62,701 nucleotides of DNA, taken from Octopus bimaculoides. Its lineage: Eukaryota. Shown here piece by piece: positions 51,629 to 62,701 of the stretch. The notes under the pieces are model-generated. The model was given only the letters and a program-made list of their open reading frames with translations. It was not told the DNA's origin and did not search any database. The stretch spans positions 8,749,509 through 8,812,209 of the forward strand of contig NC_068998.1 in assembly GCF_001194135.2 (NCBI RefSeq), read 5' to 3'. The translations under genes were made by a program, and so were the position numbers. The stretch's first letter is position 1; each line of letters opens with the position of its first letter.

Positions 51629-51629
<1 letters not shown>

Positions 51630-52125
51630 TGACGCAACTTGATTATTGGGCTCGACTTAAACAGCTGAAACTCTATTCTCTGCAGCGCCGCCGTGAGCGA
51701 TGCATTATTTGCACCGTGTGGGAAATATTCCTCCAATATTAATCCAAATGATATCGGTATTATGTTTACAATTCACCCAAGACTAGGCCCCCGTGCAATG
51801 CGTCCCCTACAAAGGTCGAGACCACGTCACATAAGAACATTGCGATACAATTTCTTCACTGCAAATGGTCCTGTATTTTTCAATGTTATCCCGAAAGAAA
51901 TTAAAGTAGAAAAAGACCCCACAACTTTCAAACGGTACTTGGACAAATTCCTCCAAGAAATACCGGATAAACCACTTACACGTGGCTACGTCTTAACCAA
52001 CAATAACTCTCTGCTTGAATGGTCCATGGTGTCCCGAAATAATTAACTAAAATACTTTTCCAGGTGGTGCTATTGAGTTAGTCATGGCCTGGGCCGATAA
52101 TAGCCGAAACCAATCTAAGTGTTAT
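51629..52125 (+). mobile_element. 5'-truncated CR1-group LINE: ORF2 C-terminus plus 3' UTR
   Basis: LDYWARLKQLKLYSLQRRRERCII, frameshift, RTLRYNFFTANGPVFFNVIPKEIK...FKRYLDKFLQEIPDKP..GY...NSLLEW*. Matches YWERLxxLxLYSLxRRRERY and GPxLFNxLP...FKxxLDxFL of CR1-group C-termini. Confidence 0.9.
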
Positions 52126-52169
52126 ACATCATATTATAATATGATATTATCAATTGCGGATAAAAACCA

Positions 52170-52320
52170 TAATTGACTTAAGCTAAGCGGGTTTTGAACT
52201 CAGAACGCAAGCGGTCGCAAATTTATATACCTAAGTATTTTATCCGAAGCGCTACTTGTTAATGAAAATGGAGTGTAATCGATTACATTGATCTCTAGCA
52301 TTCAATTAACCCTTACTTTT
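52170..52320 (-). mobile_element. Diverged SINE family A fragments
   Basis: GGGTTTTGAACTCAGAACG; GTAATCGATTACATTGATCTC. Confidence 0.55.
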
Positions 52321-52904
52321 CTTGACTTNNNNNNNNNNNNNNNNNNNNNNNNNNNNNNNNNNNNNNNNNNNNNNNNNNNNNNNNNNNNNNNNNNNNNNNN
52401 NNNNNNNNNNNNNNNNNNNNNNNNNNNNNNNNNNNNNNNNNNNNNNNNNNNNNNNNNNNNNNNNNNNNNNNNNNNNNNNNNNNNNNNNNNNNNNNNNNNN
52501 NNNNNNNNNNNNNNNNNNNNNNNNNNNNNNNNNNNNNNNNNNNNNNNNNNNNNNNNNNNNNNNNNNNNNNNNNNNNNNNNNNNNNNNNNNNNNNNNNNNN
52601 NNNNNNNNNNNNNNNNNNNNNNNNNNNNNNNNNNNNNNNNNNNNNNNNNNNNNNNNNNNNNNNNNNNNNNNNNNNNNNNNNNNNNNNNNNNNNNNNNNNN
52701 NNNNNNNNNNNNNNNNNNNNNNNNNNNNNNNNNNNNNNNNNNNNNNNNNNNNNNNNNNNNNNNNNNNNNNNNNNNNNNNNNNNNNNNNNNNNNNNNNNNN
52801 NNNNNNNNNNNNNNNNNNNNNNNNNNNNNNNNNNNNNNNNNNNNNNNNNNNNNNNNNNNNNNNGAGTTCGTTAATTTGCAAAGTAAAAAGTAAAAAGAAG
52901 ATTC

Positions 52905-53092
52905 AGTGTGACACAAAGTGTAAAGAGGCCGGCCCTTTGAAATACAGGCACTACTCATTTTTGCCAAATGAGTGAACTGGAGTAACGTGAAATAGAGTGT
53001 CCTGCTCAAGGACACAACGCGTCGCCGGGAATTGAACTCGCGACCTTACCATCGTGAGCCGAATGCCCCTAACCACTAGGCCACGCGCCTTC
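52905..53092 (-). mobile_element. SINE family C
   Basis: Reverse complement GGCGCGTGGCCTAGTGGTTAGGGG (A-box)..GAGTTCAATTCCC (B-box)..GTTGTGTCCTTGAGCAGGACACTCTATTTCACGTTACTCCAGTTCACTC. Confidence 0.9.
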
Positions 53093-54706
53093 ACACACAC
53101 ACACGCGCACACACACACACACACACACACACATACAAATAAATATATATATATAACAAATGAAAAACAGAAGAGAGGATGTACGAGAATTTATTATTAA
53201 TCATGACAACTGCTTCGACACATCTAGCATTGATTCCTCTTGGGTGGGACACTCAACAACTGTACGTGTATACAGATAGAATTAGCAAAAGTACTCCATC
53301 CAGTGAGAGATAAATATCATTTAATATATACAATAACAAAAGAACTACTGATAGTTTCATGCTTTAAGATACATTAAATTGGCAGCTTTATATAACATGC
53401 CATGTGTCTCTAAACAATGTTTCACGTTCAGTTCATAACGTTAGATGTATTTCAAAACGAGAAGAACAGAAGAAAGGAACGAGAAGAAAAAAACACGAAG
53501 AAGGTTTAATAAAAAAAAAAAATGGAACGAGAAGAAGGAAAAGAAAAACATAGTAAGAAAATTAATGTCTTCGACTGAAGAGACCATATGTAGTGTAGCT
53601 GGTACAGAATAATATAAACGAAACGAGACCAAAATCTATGAGATAGCTATTGAATCCGGAGCGGATTGTGTCCTCTAGTTCGAAAAAACAAGACCTGTCC
53701 AAGTTGTCGAAGGTTGATGCAAAAAGTGAAACGAGAAGAACGAAAAGTAAAGTAACATCAATAAATATATATACTTATCCCACTTTTATTTATTTTGTTT
53801 CCTGTATTCCACTATATTCCACTATTGTCTTTTATATTCAACTTACTGCGTGGTATTATATATTCAACTTTAGCCTATTTACTTAATACACCGATGTACA
53901 TATTTATTGAATTAAACAGAACAGAACGAAAAGTATAAATAATTTGAAATTACAGACTGGAATCTCAGAAGGCCAAAGTGTGTTGGTGTTGCCTCATGTC
54001 TTTGCGAGAAATATTGTTCGTCAGCAACTTTTGCAGTGAATGTAAATAATAATGCTTATTATATACATTTGTAGCTTTTGCACGGAATGTGTCGAATATG
54101 TTGTAAATGCGCAACTTTTGCATAAACTAAACCTGCTGTCCATTGACAGAAAATGTATGTAACCTTTTCGTACAATCATGTAGCCTTGTGTAAATGTGCG
54201 TATGTTTTGGTAGTTTTTAATGCATATACACGTACATTTGTGAAATTAGAGCGTTTATTATAGAAACTAACATAATATAGCATAACGAGTGAATCATTGA
54301 CTGCATCATATTGTACATATTAAAAATAATCAAACCTGTATAATATTTCAACTGTGATGAATATAATTTCCTTATTTTATTTTTATTTTTGACATTTTTA
54401 TTTCCATCTTCAAGCTCTCATTAGTAACTTTCATCATGTATAAAATACATTTTTTTCAACAATAGCTCCGTTATTACTGACGAATCGGGTACTCTAGTAT
54501 ATCTCAAGATGAGATTTGATTAGAGGCATTCCCACCGTGACTATCCTGTCTATATATATATATATATATATATAGACAGGATATATATATTGGACTTCAT
54601 TATCTCATAAATCCATTTACTTCAAACGGTGAACAGCTTATTAGTAATGACGGCAAAAGTAACTTCAAGAAAGTCTATACCAAATGTGTGTATGAGTGTA
54701 TAAGTA

Positions 54707-54772
<66 letters not shown>

Positions 54773-55639
54773 AAGGAAACCGACAGATGCACACATAATA
54801 TACGAACATACATTCATGCACACAGTCTCTCACATGCCAAAAACTTTTAAAGACTCAGGTGGACTTGTGAAATACGCTAAGTAATGGAGAATCTTACTTT
54901 ATCATAAAAATATCTTGAAAATATTATTAAACATTTTACGATCAACAAAGTTATGTCTTATTAAAATACTTAACAAGTTTGGAGCCATATTCTCTTCACA
55001 TACCTATGACTATGTACTGAGTAACCTTTATTTCTTTTCATAATGTTGAATTTCTTTTTAATTTATTTGATTTGGTTATCCTTAATCAACATATTTTTAG
55101 AGGAAGAAACAAACAATAAAAGTATAAAATATCAAATTATTGTGAGAAAAAAACCATAACCGTCTTACCAAGGATAGAAGGAAAATGAAAAAAAAGGGAG
55201 GGAGAAACGGATTACACACCTCAGACCAAATGGCGTTTTCAGCCGCGCCTTGCAGACATAACTGCAAAGGCGTTGCCGCGGAGAATGGCCAGCGGACATT
55301 AACGACATCTCATGTCTTATTAAGATACTTACCGTGTCTATAGCCACACTATTTTCGCATATTTATGACTATATGTTGAGTAACCTGTATTTCGTGTTCA
55401 TAATTTCGATTATTATCTCACGTTACATTTTTTTTTAATAACACAATTGTTTACAATAAAAATATTCTGTGTGAATATATGGACAGTGAAGTATATGCTT
55501 CTAGCTGGAATACACAGGTTTTCTATCCTGATATTGCTTGTTTGAATAATCTTTACGAATACATTGACACTAGCGTACACTTTGTAACTATTTTATGATA
55601 CCAACCAGAATGCTACAGCGGGTGTTTAAGAACTCAAAG

Positions 55640-55745
55640 CTGCATAAAGCATCTTCACAAACACCAAATACAAGATGAAGATGACTGTGGTTTCATACCA
55701 GACTCCAGGTGTCTGAATGAGCCCTTTGGTACACACATTCCCTAG
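55640..55745 (+). mobile_element. Possible short LINE RT remnant
   Basis: IKHLHKHQIQDEDDCGFIPDSRCL resembles HLxxxxLLxxxQxGFxPxRSC; short match only. Confidence 0.3.
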
Positions 55746-56379
55746 ACTCTAACCACTGCGAATGGCTGAAAGAGACTAAAAATAAATTTGAAACGAAGTA
55801 TTCAGAGAAAATCTTATAGATATTGTGACGTCATAATAACTTTATAACGTCACAATATTATTTGGACTAAATAAATGACTCAGAATTTCACACATACATG
55901 CGCAAACGCATGTATATACATTCATGCGCACGCACACACACACGCACATATGCATACTTGTACATACATTTGTATATATACATGTCTTCTTCCGTTTCTA
56001 TAGCTATCACCCCATATTTCTCTCTGTATATCTACCTGTCTATATACATCTTTCTCTCTACCTTTCTCATTTTCCCTCCCTCCCTCTCACTCAAATACAC
56101 GTCAGCAACATAGGAAAGCTAAGAAAGGATAAAAGAAAGAAGGGAAAACCTTATCGATACAAGACTGTCACACATTCGCTTCCACTCCCCCCCCCCCAGA
56201 ATCATCTCTTCCANNNNNNNNNNTCTTCCCTTCTTTCGCTCTCTCCCCCTCTCTCTCTCTCTCTCTCTCTCTCAACTTGCTCTCTACTACTACAACTTCC
56301 TGTCTACGAGTAGAGCTCACTTTGTCTTGCGTTCCTCATCAGTTGCAACCAATTTCCCATACACATATCAAGGATGCAG

Positions 56380-56520
56380 AAATCTACTGACTTTCCTTTA
56401 TTCCCTCCTGTCACACCTACACTGAAGATAGACTACATCCGAAACGTTGGATACTGCAGTCCTCTCGGTAATTTCCCTGCGTGTGCTCTTACTGTTTCGT
56501 TTCCTGTATAACCCAAATCA
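56380..56520 (+). mobile_element. Possible Penelope-type repeat end with degenerate hammerhead core
   Basis: CTGAAGA (56422-56428), 12 nt, GAAACGTT (56441-56448); stems poor. Confidence 0.35.
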
Positions 56521-57349
56521 TATAAGCACCGGTTTCCTTGGATTCTATTTTGTCTGCAACAGTTGGTAGATTCTTGGTAATACTAGACACAAAGAAGTCA
56601 ATTATTAATAGTGTTCTTCCACTTCCTTGTTCGATCTCTCCATTATATATATATATATCTATGTATGTGAGTGACTGTGCGATTGTAGGACTGTGCGAAT
56701 ATATGAGTATGTCAGTAAGTGATAGTGGGTGAGGAAGAAAACTAGGGCGATGTATTGCAGGCATGAAAAGAAAAGGAGAAGTGATGAATCTTAAAGACGA
56801 GACGCACATGTTGATTAAAGATGCATAAAGTTGCTGTGAATTCCCCAGATTTACATTAGAAAAGAGAAATTTGAATACATGCATATATTTATACATCAGA
56901 AAGTGAATCAATTGAAAATAGGTGGGGAATGAGGAAGAGAAGAGTAGAGAGAGGGAGGGTGGGGATGGGTGTGAGGAGGAGAGATGATAAGATGACAATG
57001 GGGAGGAGGAGGAGGAGGAGTGAAAGATATGGAGTGAGGATTCTGGAATAATCTATAATTTATAAGGCTCCACTATTCAAAAATCCAAATCCGGCCATCA
57101 TCCGTCAACAGGCATTTTCCATTCAAATTAGCCAGAGCGTCCATAAATATCCGTGTGTCTGTGTATCTATTGATATATGTGCGCGTGTGTGTGTGTGTGT
57201 GTGTATGTGTGTGTGTGTGTACACACACATACATAAACGATAAAGTATATAATTGAAATTGTGTATAGCTTATATTTGTAGTTGATTTAAGTGGCGTTTC
57301 ATAGGCATCTAAATTAAATATTTAATGGTTCAGATATTGCGTGAAGTGG

Positions 57350-57360
57350 TACGTACATAA

Positions 57361-57416
<56 letters not shown>

Positions 57417-57839
57417 ATGTATGTATGTATGTATGTATGTATTTATGTTTATATATATATGTATATACAAATATGTATACATATATATATACATATACGT
57501 ATATACATATATATATATACACATGCATATATATATATATATACACACATATATATATAAATATATACATATATATTTATATATGTATGTGTCTATGATA
57601 TGTATATCTACATTTATCTACATAATTACGCACAAATATACAGATATACGCATATATATTCATATATACACATCTATATACCCATATTTATATACATGTA
57701 TGTATATGTTTAAGTGTGTGTGTGTGTGTACGTGCGTGTGTACATGCATATATATATATGTATGTATGTGCGTGTGTGTGTGTACAAGTGTGTAACATAT
57801 TCACACACACACATACACAGAAACAGACTTGTATATACG

Positions 57840-57871
<32 letters not shown>

Positions 57872-57954
57872 CGTATATATACATCTACATACATAAATGA
57901 ATATATTTATAAGCAACTACGTTTGTGCGTGTGTATGTGTGCGTGTGTGTGTGT

Positions 57955-58020
<66 letters not shown>
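57350..58020. repeat. Compound TA/TG/TATG microsatellite field
   Basis: Read directly. Confidence 0.93.
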
Positions 58021-58023
<3 letters not shown>

Positions 58024-58439
58024 CGTAATATATACAGTAACAAACACAACGTAAGAGAGAAAAACTAAACACCGCCACCTAAGGGAACTATAGAAAATTA
58101 ATAGTCATAATTTAGTGTAGTTTTCGTTTCAATCTATTTTCGTTTTGATTTTCGTTTTTCAAGATATTTATGAGAATCTGTCCGCTCTGAAAGTACCAAG
58201 TATATGACCAGCTAAGTGCAGCAAAGATGAACACAACTTCCATCTTACATATATTCAGAAGAAAATCAAGAGCGTGAATGATGATTCTGTTCCTAATCTT
58301 CAATTGATATTATGATGGCAACAATACAGCCATTGTTTACATTAAGGAGATGACACTGATATTTGGTGTTAAATGTAGAGTTTTCCTCGTCAGTCAATGA
58401 GCCAAAATATCATCCTGGTTTATCATTGAGACCACTCAA

Positions 58440-58835
58440 TCTTGGAGGCGCCAGAGCTGTTATTAAGCTACTGGGAAAAAGCTAGCGAATATATACTGAG
58501 ACAGAAACAAAGAGAATATTATATAAATACGCGTGGTAGGGTTAACTGCATGTAGAAACGTATATACATATTTAGGGTTGCCCCAAAGGAAACCAAATAA
58601 TAAAAAGATCCCATCACCTTCAAACGGTATCTGGATTAACTTCTCCAACGAACACCAGATTATCCACCGCTACATGGATGCATTTCAGACACCAAAAACT
58701 CCACTCGTCAATGGACCATGATAGTACAAAAAATAAAACTAACTTAAAGACTGCTTTAAAAATTCTGTCAGGTAGAGCTCTATAAGTTAGTTATGGCGTC
58801 GGCCAGTTTTGGCCTAAACTTATCCAAGTTTATTT
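58440..58835 (+). mobile_element. Older copy of the CR1-group LINE 3' end
   Basis: LSYWEK...; VAPKETK**KDPITFKRYLD*LLQRTPDYP..GC...NSTRQW aligns by eye with 51890-52030. 3' UTR CAGGT..GCT.T..AGTTAGT.ATGGC..GGCC is shared with 52062-52120. Confidence 0.78.
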
Positions 58836-58994
58836 ACGTTCCATACACACACACACACACACACACGCACGCACACACACACACGCACACACACACGCAC
58901 ACACATGCATACACACATACATAGAAATATATATATATATCAATACATATATATATATATATATATACATACATATATATATGTACATAGCTAA

Positions 58995-59040
<46 letters not shown>

Positions 59041-59262
59041 TATTAATGGAAGAGATAAATTGTTCATAAGGGCCTACTCCATTGACCTGCAGACGTTGAC
59101 TGCAGCTATTAAAATTCATTAGACAATCTTTTGTTTTTACTTTTATTTACTTTTACTTTAAATAGTATTTTATCGAAAATCATTGAGCCTGATTGGCACA
59201 GATTAAATTTTCTGGCAGAATATTGGCCATCAGATACATGCATATATATATATATCGATAAA

Positions 59263-59299
<37 letters not shown>

Positions 59300-59594
59300 N
59301 NNNNNNNNNNNNNNNNNNNNNNNNNNNNNNNNNNNNNNNNNNNNNNNNNNNNNNNNNNNNNNNNNNNNNNNNNNNNNNNNNNNNNNNNNNNNNNNNNNNN
59401 NNNNNNNNNNNNNNNNNNNNNNNNNNNNNNNNNNNNNNNNNNNNNNNNNNNNNNNNNNNNNNNNNNNNNNNNNNNNNNNNNNNNNNNNNNNNNNNNNNNN
59501 NNNNNNNNNNNNNNNNNNNNNNNNNNNNNNNNNNNNNNNNNNNNNNNNNNNNNNNNNNNNNNNNNNNNNNNNNNNNNNNNNNNNNNNNNNNNNN

Positions 59595-59656
<62 letters not shown>

Positions 59657-60095
59657 TGTGTGTATGTGTGTGTATGTGTGTGTGTGCGCGTGTGTATCGT
59701 CAGAGAAAAATTTATAATGCCCGAAGCATGGCCACAAACCATTGGATGGAGGTAGTAAAGGTGTGAAAAGAGATAAACACGCGGATACAGTGTATATGAC
59801 TATATAGACATATAAATGTGTGTGTGCGTGTGTGTATGCGTGCGTTGGCCTTTCTACACGCGCGTTTGTGTGCTTGTGTATCAAAGTAAATACTTGAATT
59901 TTGCCATTATCAGCTTAATAAAACCCTGTCTACGAAATGCTATCAAATAATTTAAACCAAATAGCGTTGTCTATAATAGAAATGAAGAAACAAAAAAGAA
60001 AAGAATAAAATGTTCCCAGCCACAAAAATCAACCGCATCAATAATAACAACAATAACAACGATGCATTATTCATAATTTCTGGCTTACGCATGCG

Positions 60096-60140
<45 letters not shown>

Positions 60141-61104
60141 ATGCACAGAGTCTCCTTATATTTTATCTTTAATAGTTCCAAGATCCGTTAATGGTGGTCA
60201 ATATTTTATGGAGTTGAAGTTTATATAAACGTTTTTCTCGAAACTTCTTTCCCCAAAAGTATTTCTCAAAAATTATTTCTCATAAATATCCAGCCAGAAA
60301 AGAAAAAGAAAAAACAAAAAACAAAAAGATGCAGAAATAGTAAAATAAATTAAAACGGAATGAATGAATGAAATAGAAAGGAGAATTACTCTAAATCATT
60401 TATGTTCAACAATTCCCNNNNNNNNNNNNNNNNNNNNNNNNNNNNNNNNNNNNNNNNNNNNNNNNNNNNNNNNNNNNNNNNNNNNNNNNNNNNNNNNNNN
60501 NNNNNNNNNNNNNNNNNNNNNNNNNNNNNNNNNNNNNNNNNNNNNNNNNNNNNNNNNNNNNNNNNNNNNNNNNNNNNNNNNNNNNNNNNNNNNNNNNNNN
60601 NNNNNNNNNNNNNNNNNNNNNNNNNNNNNNNNNNNNNNNNNNNNNNNNNNNNNNNNNNNNNNNNNNNNNNNNNNNNNNNNNNNNNNNNNNNNNNNNNNNN
60701 NNNNNNNNNNNNNNNNNNNNNNNNNNNNNNNNNNNNNNNNNNNNNNNNNNNNNNNNNNNNNNNNNNNNNNNNNNNNNNNNNNNNNNNNNNNNNNNNNNNN
60801 NNNNNNNNNNNNNNNNNNNNNNNNNNNNNNNNNNNNNNNNNNNNNNNNNNNNNNNNNNNNNNNNNNNNNNNNNNNNNNNNNNNNNNNNNNNNNNNNNNNN
60901 NNNNNNNNNNNNNNNNNNNNNNNNNNNNNNNNNNNNNNNNNNNNNNNNNNNNNNNNNNNNNNNNNNNNNNNNNNNNNNNNNNNNNNNNNNNNNNNNNNNN
61001 NNNNNNNNNNNNNNNNNNNNNNNNNNTTTTCTGTAAATATATGTATATATATATGTGTGTGTATATATGTCTGTGTATATAGATGTGTGGACATATATAT
61101 ATAT

Positions 61105-61161
<57 letters not shown>

Positions 61162-61189
61162 CGTGCTTGCGCGTGTGTGTGTATTGCTT

Positions 61190-61480
61190 TCAGCTTCGGA
61201 GTGGAAGATGCAAGTACTTTAAGGACAGACTTTTCTTCCCAGAAGAGATAGTGGTAACAGCACTCCGACCAAGCGTGTTCCTATCCTTCGCTCCTGGAGT
61301 CCAAAAAAAACTGTCATCGGGATCAACACTAATTTTCAAATTGCTACAGTCCTTTGCTCTACTCATAGTGACGTATAACTGACCGTGTGTAAATATCGGA
61401 GTGGGTAAAAATATGCCGATACGATCTAAAGTCTGACCTTGTGCCGTGTTTGCTGTGAAAGCGCGAGCGGAACCATTAGG
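61190..61480 (-). mobile_element. Helitron RepHel fragment, PIF1-type helicase C-terminal motifs
   Basis: Minus-strand open frame AFTANTAQGQTLDRIGIFLPTPIFTHGQLYVTMSRAKDCSNLKI, matching AFAMTINKSQGQTL..VGxYLPxPVFSHGQLYVAxSR. AQGQTLDRIG at 61444-61415, GQLYVTMSR at 61384-61358, stop at 61192-61190. Confidence 0.9.
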
Positions 61481-61765
61481 GTTGCAAAAAAATGAAACTA
61501 AGACTTACCTTTCACTGTTCTATGCGAATAATGTCTTTCTGGATGTTCTGGTACCGTGGGTTATTTTGGTTGAGAAAACTGAGATGTAAGCAACAGCCGC
61601 TTCGATTAGCCGTTTTGAATCCTGATCGAGACTGACACACTTCAATAACCCATAAATAATCACACACTATATACTGACACTCACTTTTTCCATTTTATTT
61701 TCGCTATTAACCGTCCTCGGGACCCCTTTCTTATCTATGATGTGACCAGAAGCTATACGATGAAA

Positions 61766-62288
61766 ATCCAGAGTTACCCGTGAATAAAAATGCGAAGGTG
61801 GTTTATCAATTCAAAGATCGATATCCACGAAATAATCATACTGCTAAGAACCTTCCTAACAACCGTCTTTGTAATCCCGAAAAATATCGTAACTATTGGT
61901 CCAGCCGTCTGGCCGTGAAGAAGGATCAGGCAAAGAGACAGACAGACGGACATGACGACCATTATAGTAAGATAGCAAATCTGCCCATCTACGATGGGAA
62001 ACAAAAGGGATAATCTAAATCTAAACCCTCTAAATTCATGAAATATACGGGGCGGGGGTGGGGGGATCCAGAGTTAATCCTCGTCGCCGGAATTTTTAGC
62101 AAAAGAAATCAAAGCTGACTTATTAATGTAAAACTCAATATCCACGAAATAATCATACTTTTTCACATTTCTTTTCGCTAAAAACCATCTTGATTGCCTC
62201 CTTCGTAATCCCCACAAAACATCGTGACCATTGGTCCAGCCGTTTGGCCGGGGAGACAGACGGACATAACGCACATTATAGTAAGATA
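61766..62288 (+). mobile_element. Two diverged tandem units of a HINE/DINE-1-like non-autonomous rolling-circle element
   Basis: Shared blocks ATCCAGAGTTA, ATATCCACGAAATAATCATACT, ATTGGTCCAGCCGTYTGGCCG, GAGACAGAC(AGAC)GGACAT, CATTATAGTAAGATA at 61766-61974 and 62066-62288. Confidence 0.65.
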
Positions 62289-62701
62289 TAATGAAACAAA
62301 TTTGAGTGTTTCGCTGGATACGTCCTTAACTATGGAATGAAACTGGGACCATAATTGACATTTTTAATATAACAATATGGAGAACACATTATTTAATGCG
62401 TTCTTCGTCGTTTAAATGAGTAGAGTATTATTTGAAGTAAATTTAGCTGTTATTTCTAGCAAATAACAAGGACATTCACCAAATGGAGGGTGCCTCATTG
62501 TTCTCGTTGACATTTTTCCTTCTGAGTCTTTGTTGGTTGTTGTTTTTTTCTTTTTTTTTTTTGGCTTTAGGTTTTTTTCTGTTTTCTTTTTTTGCTTTTA
62601 TTCTGAGATTTTACATGATTATATGAAATCTTCCGCGTTGTATATTCTTACACGCTATTTAAAATACGTACATACATGCATAAACATACATACATATATA
62701 T

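Noticed and set aside
53672-53755. KTCPSCR, like the end of a RING finger
   Set aside because: In-frame stop shortly upstream and no other RING residues.
61509-61625. Perfect minus-strand donor AAG|GTAAGT suggesting a host exon
   Set aside because: All frames stop before the donor, and the segment lies directly upstream of the Helitron helicase motifs, so it is more simply decayed Helitron sequence.

Overview
Eukaryotic, AT-rich, microsatellite-saturated draft-assembly DNA with 14 N-gaps (about 5.5 kb). The SINE and microsatellite make-up suggests a coleoid cephalopod, probably Octopus (inference; no search was run). No host protein-coding gene, tRNA/rRNA gene or CRISPR array can be supported, and nearly all of the supplied ORF track is translated microsatellite or gap. 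The window is a transposon graveyard. It holds about 30 tRNA-headed SINE copies or fragments from at least 3 families, plus a fourth dispersed repeat. Decayed coding fragments are recognisable from six element types: R4/Dong-like LINE (16.2-16.5 kb), mariner (35.6-35.9 kb), two CR1-group LINE 3' ends (51.6-52.1 and 58.4-58.8 kb), Tx1/L1-like RT (46.6-47.1 kb), Penelope-like (14.6-15.4 kb) and a Helitron PIF1 helicase (61.2-61.5 kb, not in the ORF track). The most notable signals are: a near-intact minimal type I hammerhead ribozyme at 35125-35169 (-), with further degenerate cores in unrelated Penelope-type repeat ends; an 82-bp near-perfect palindromic insertion with an 11-bp target-site duplication inside a SINE (21181-21392); and a head-to-tail stack of five SINEs (17897-19125). 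All family assignments come from reading motifs by eye and need database confirmation.
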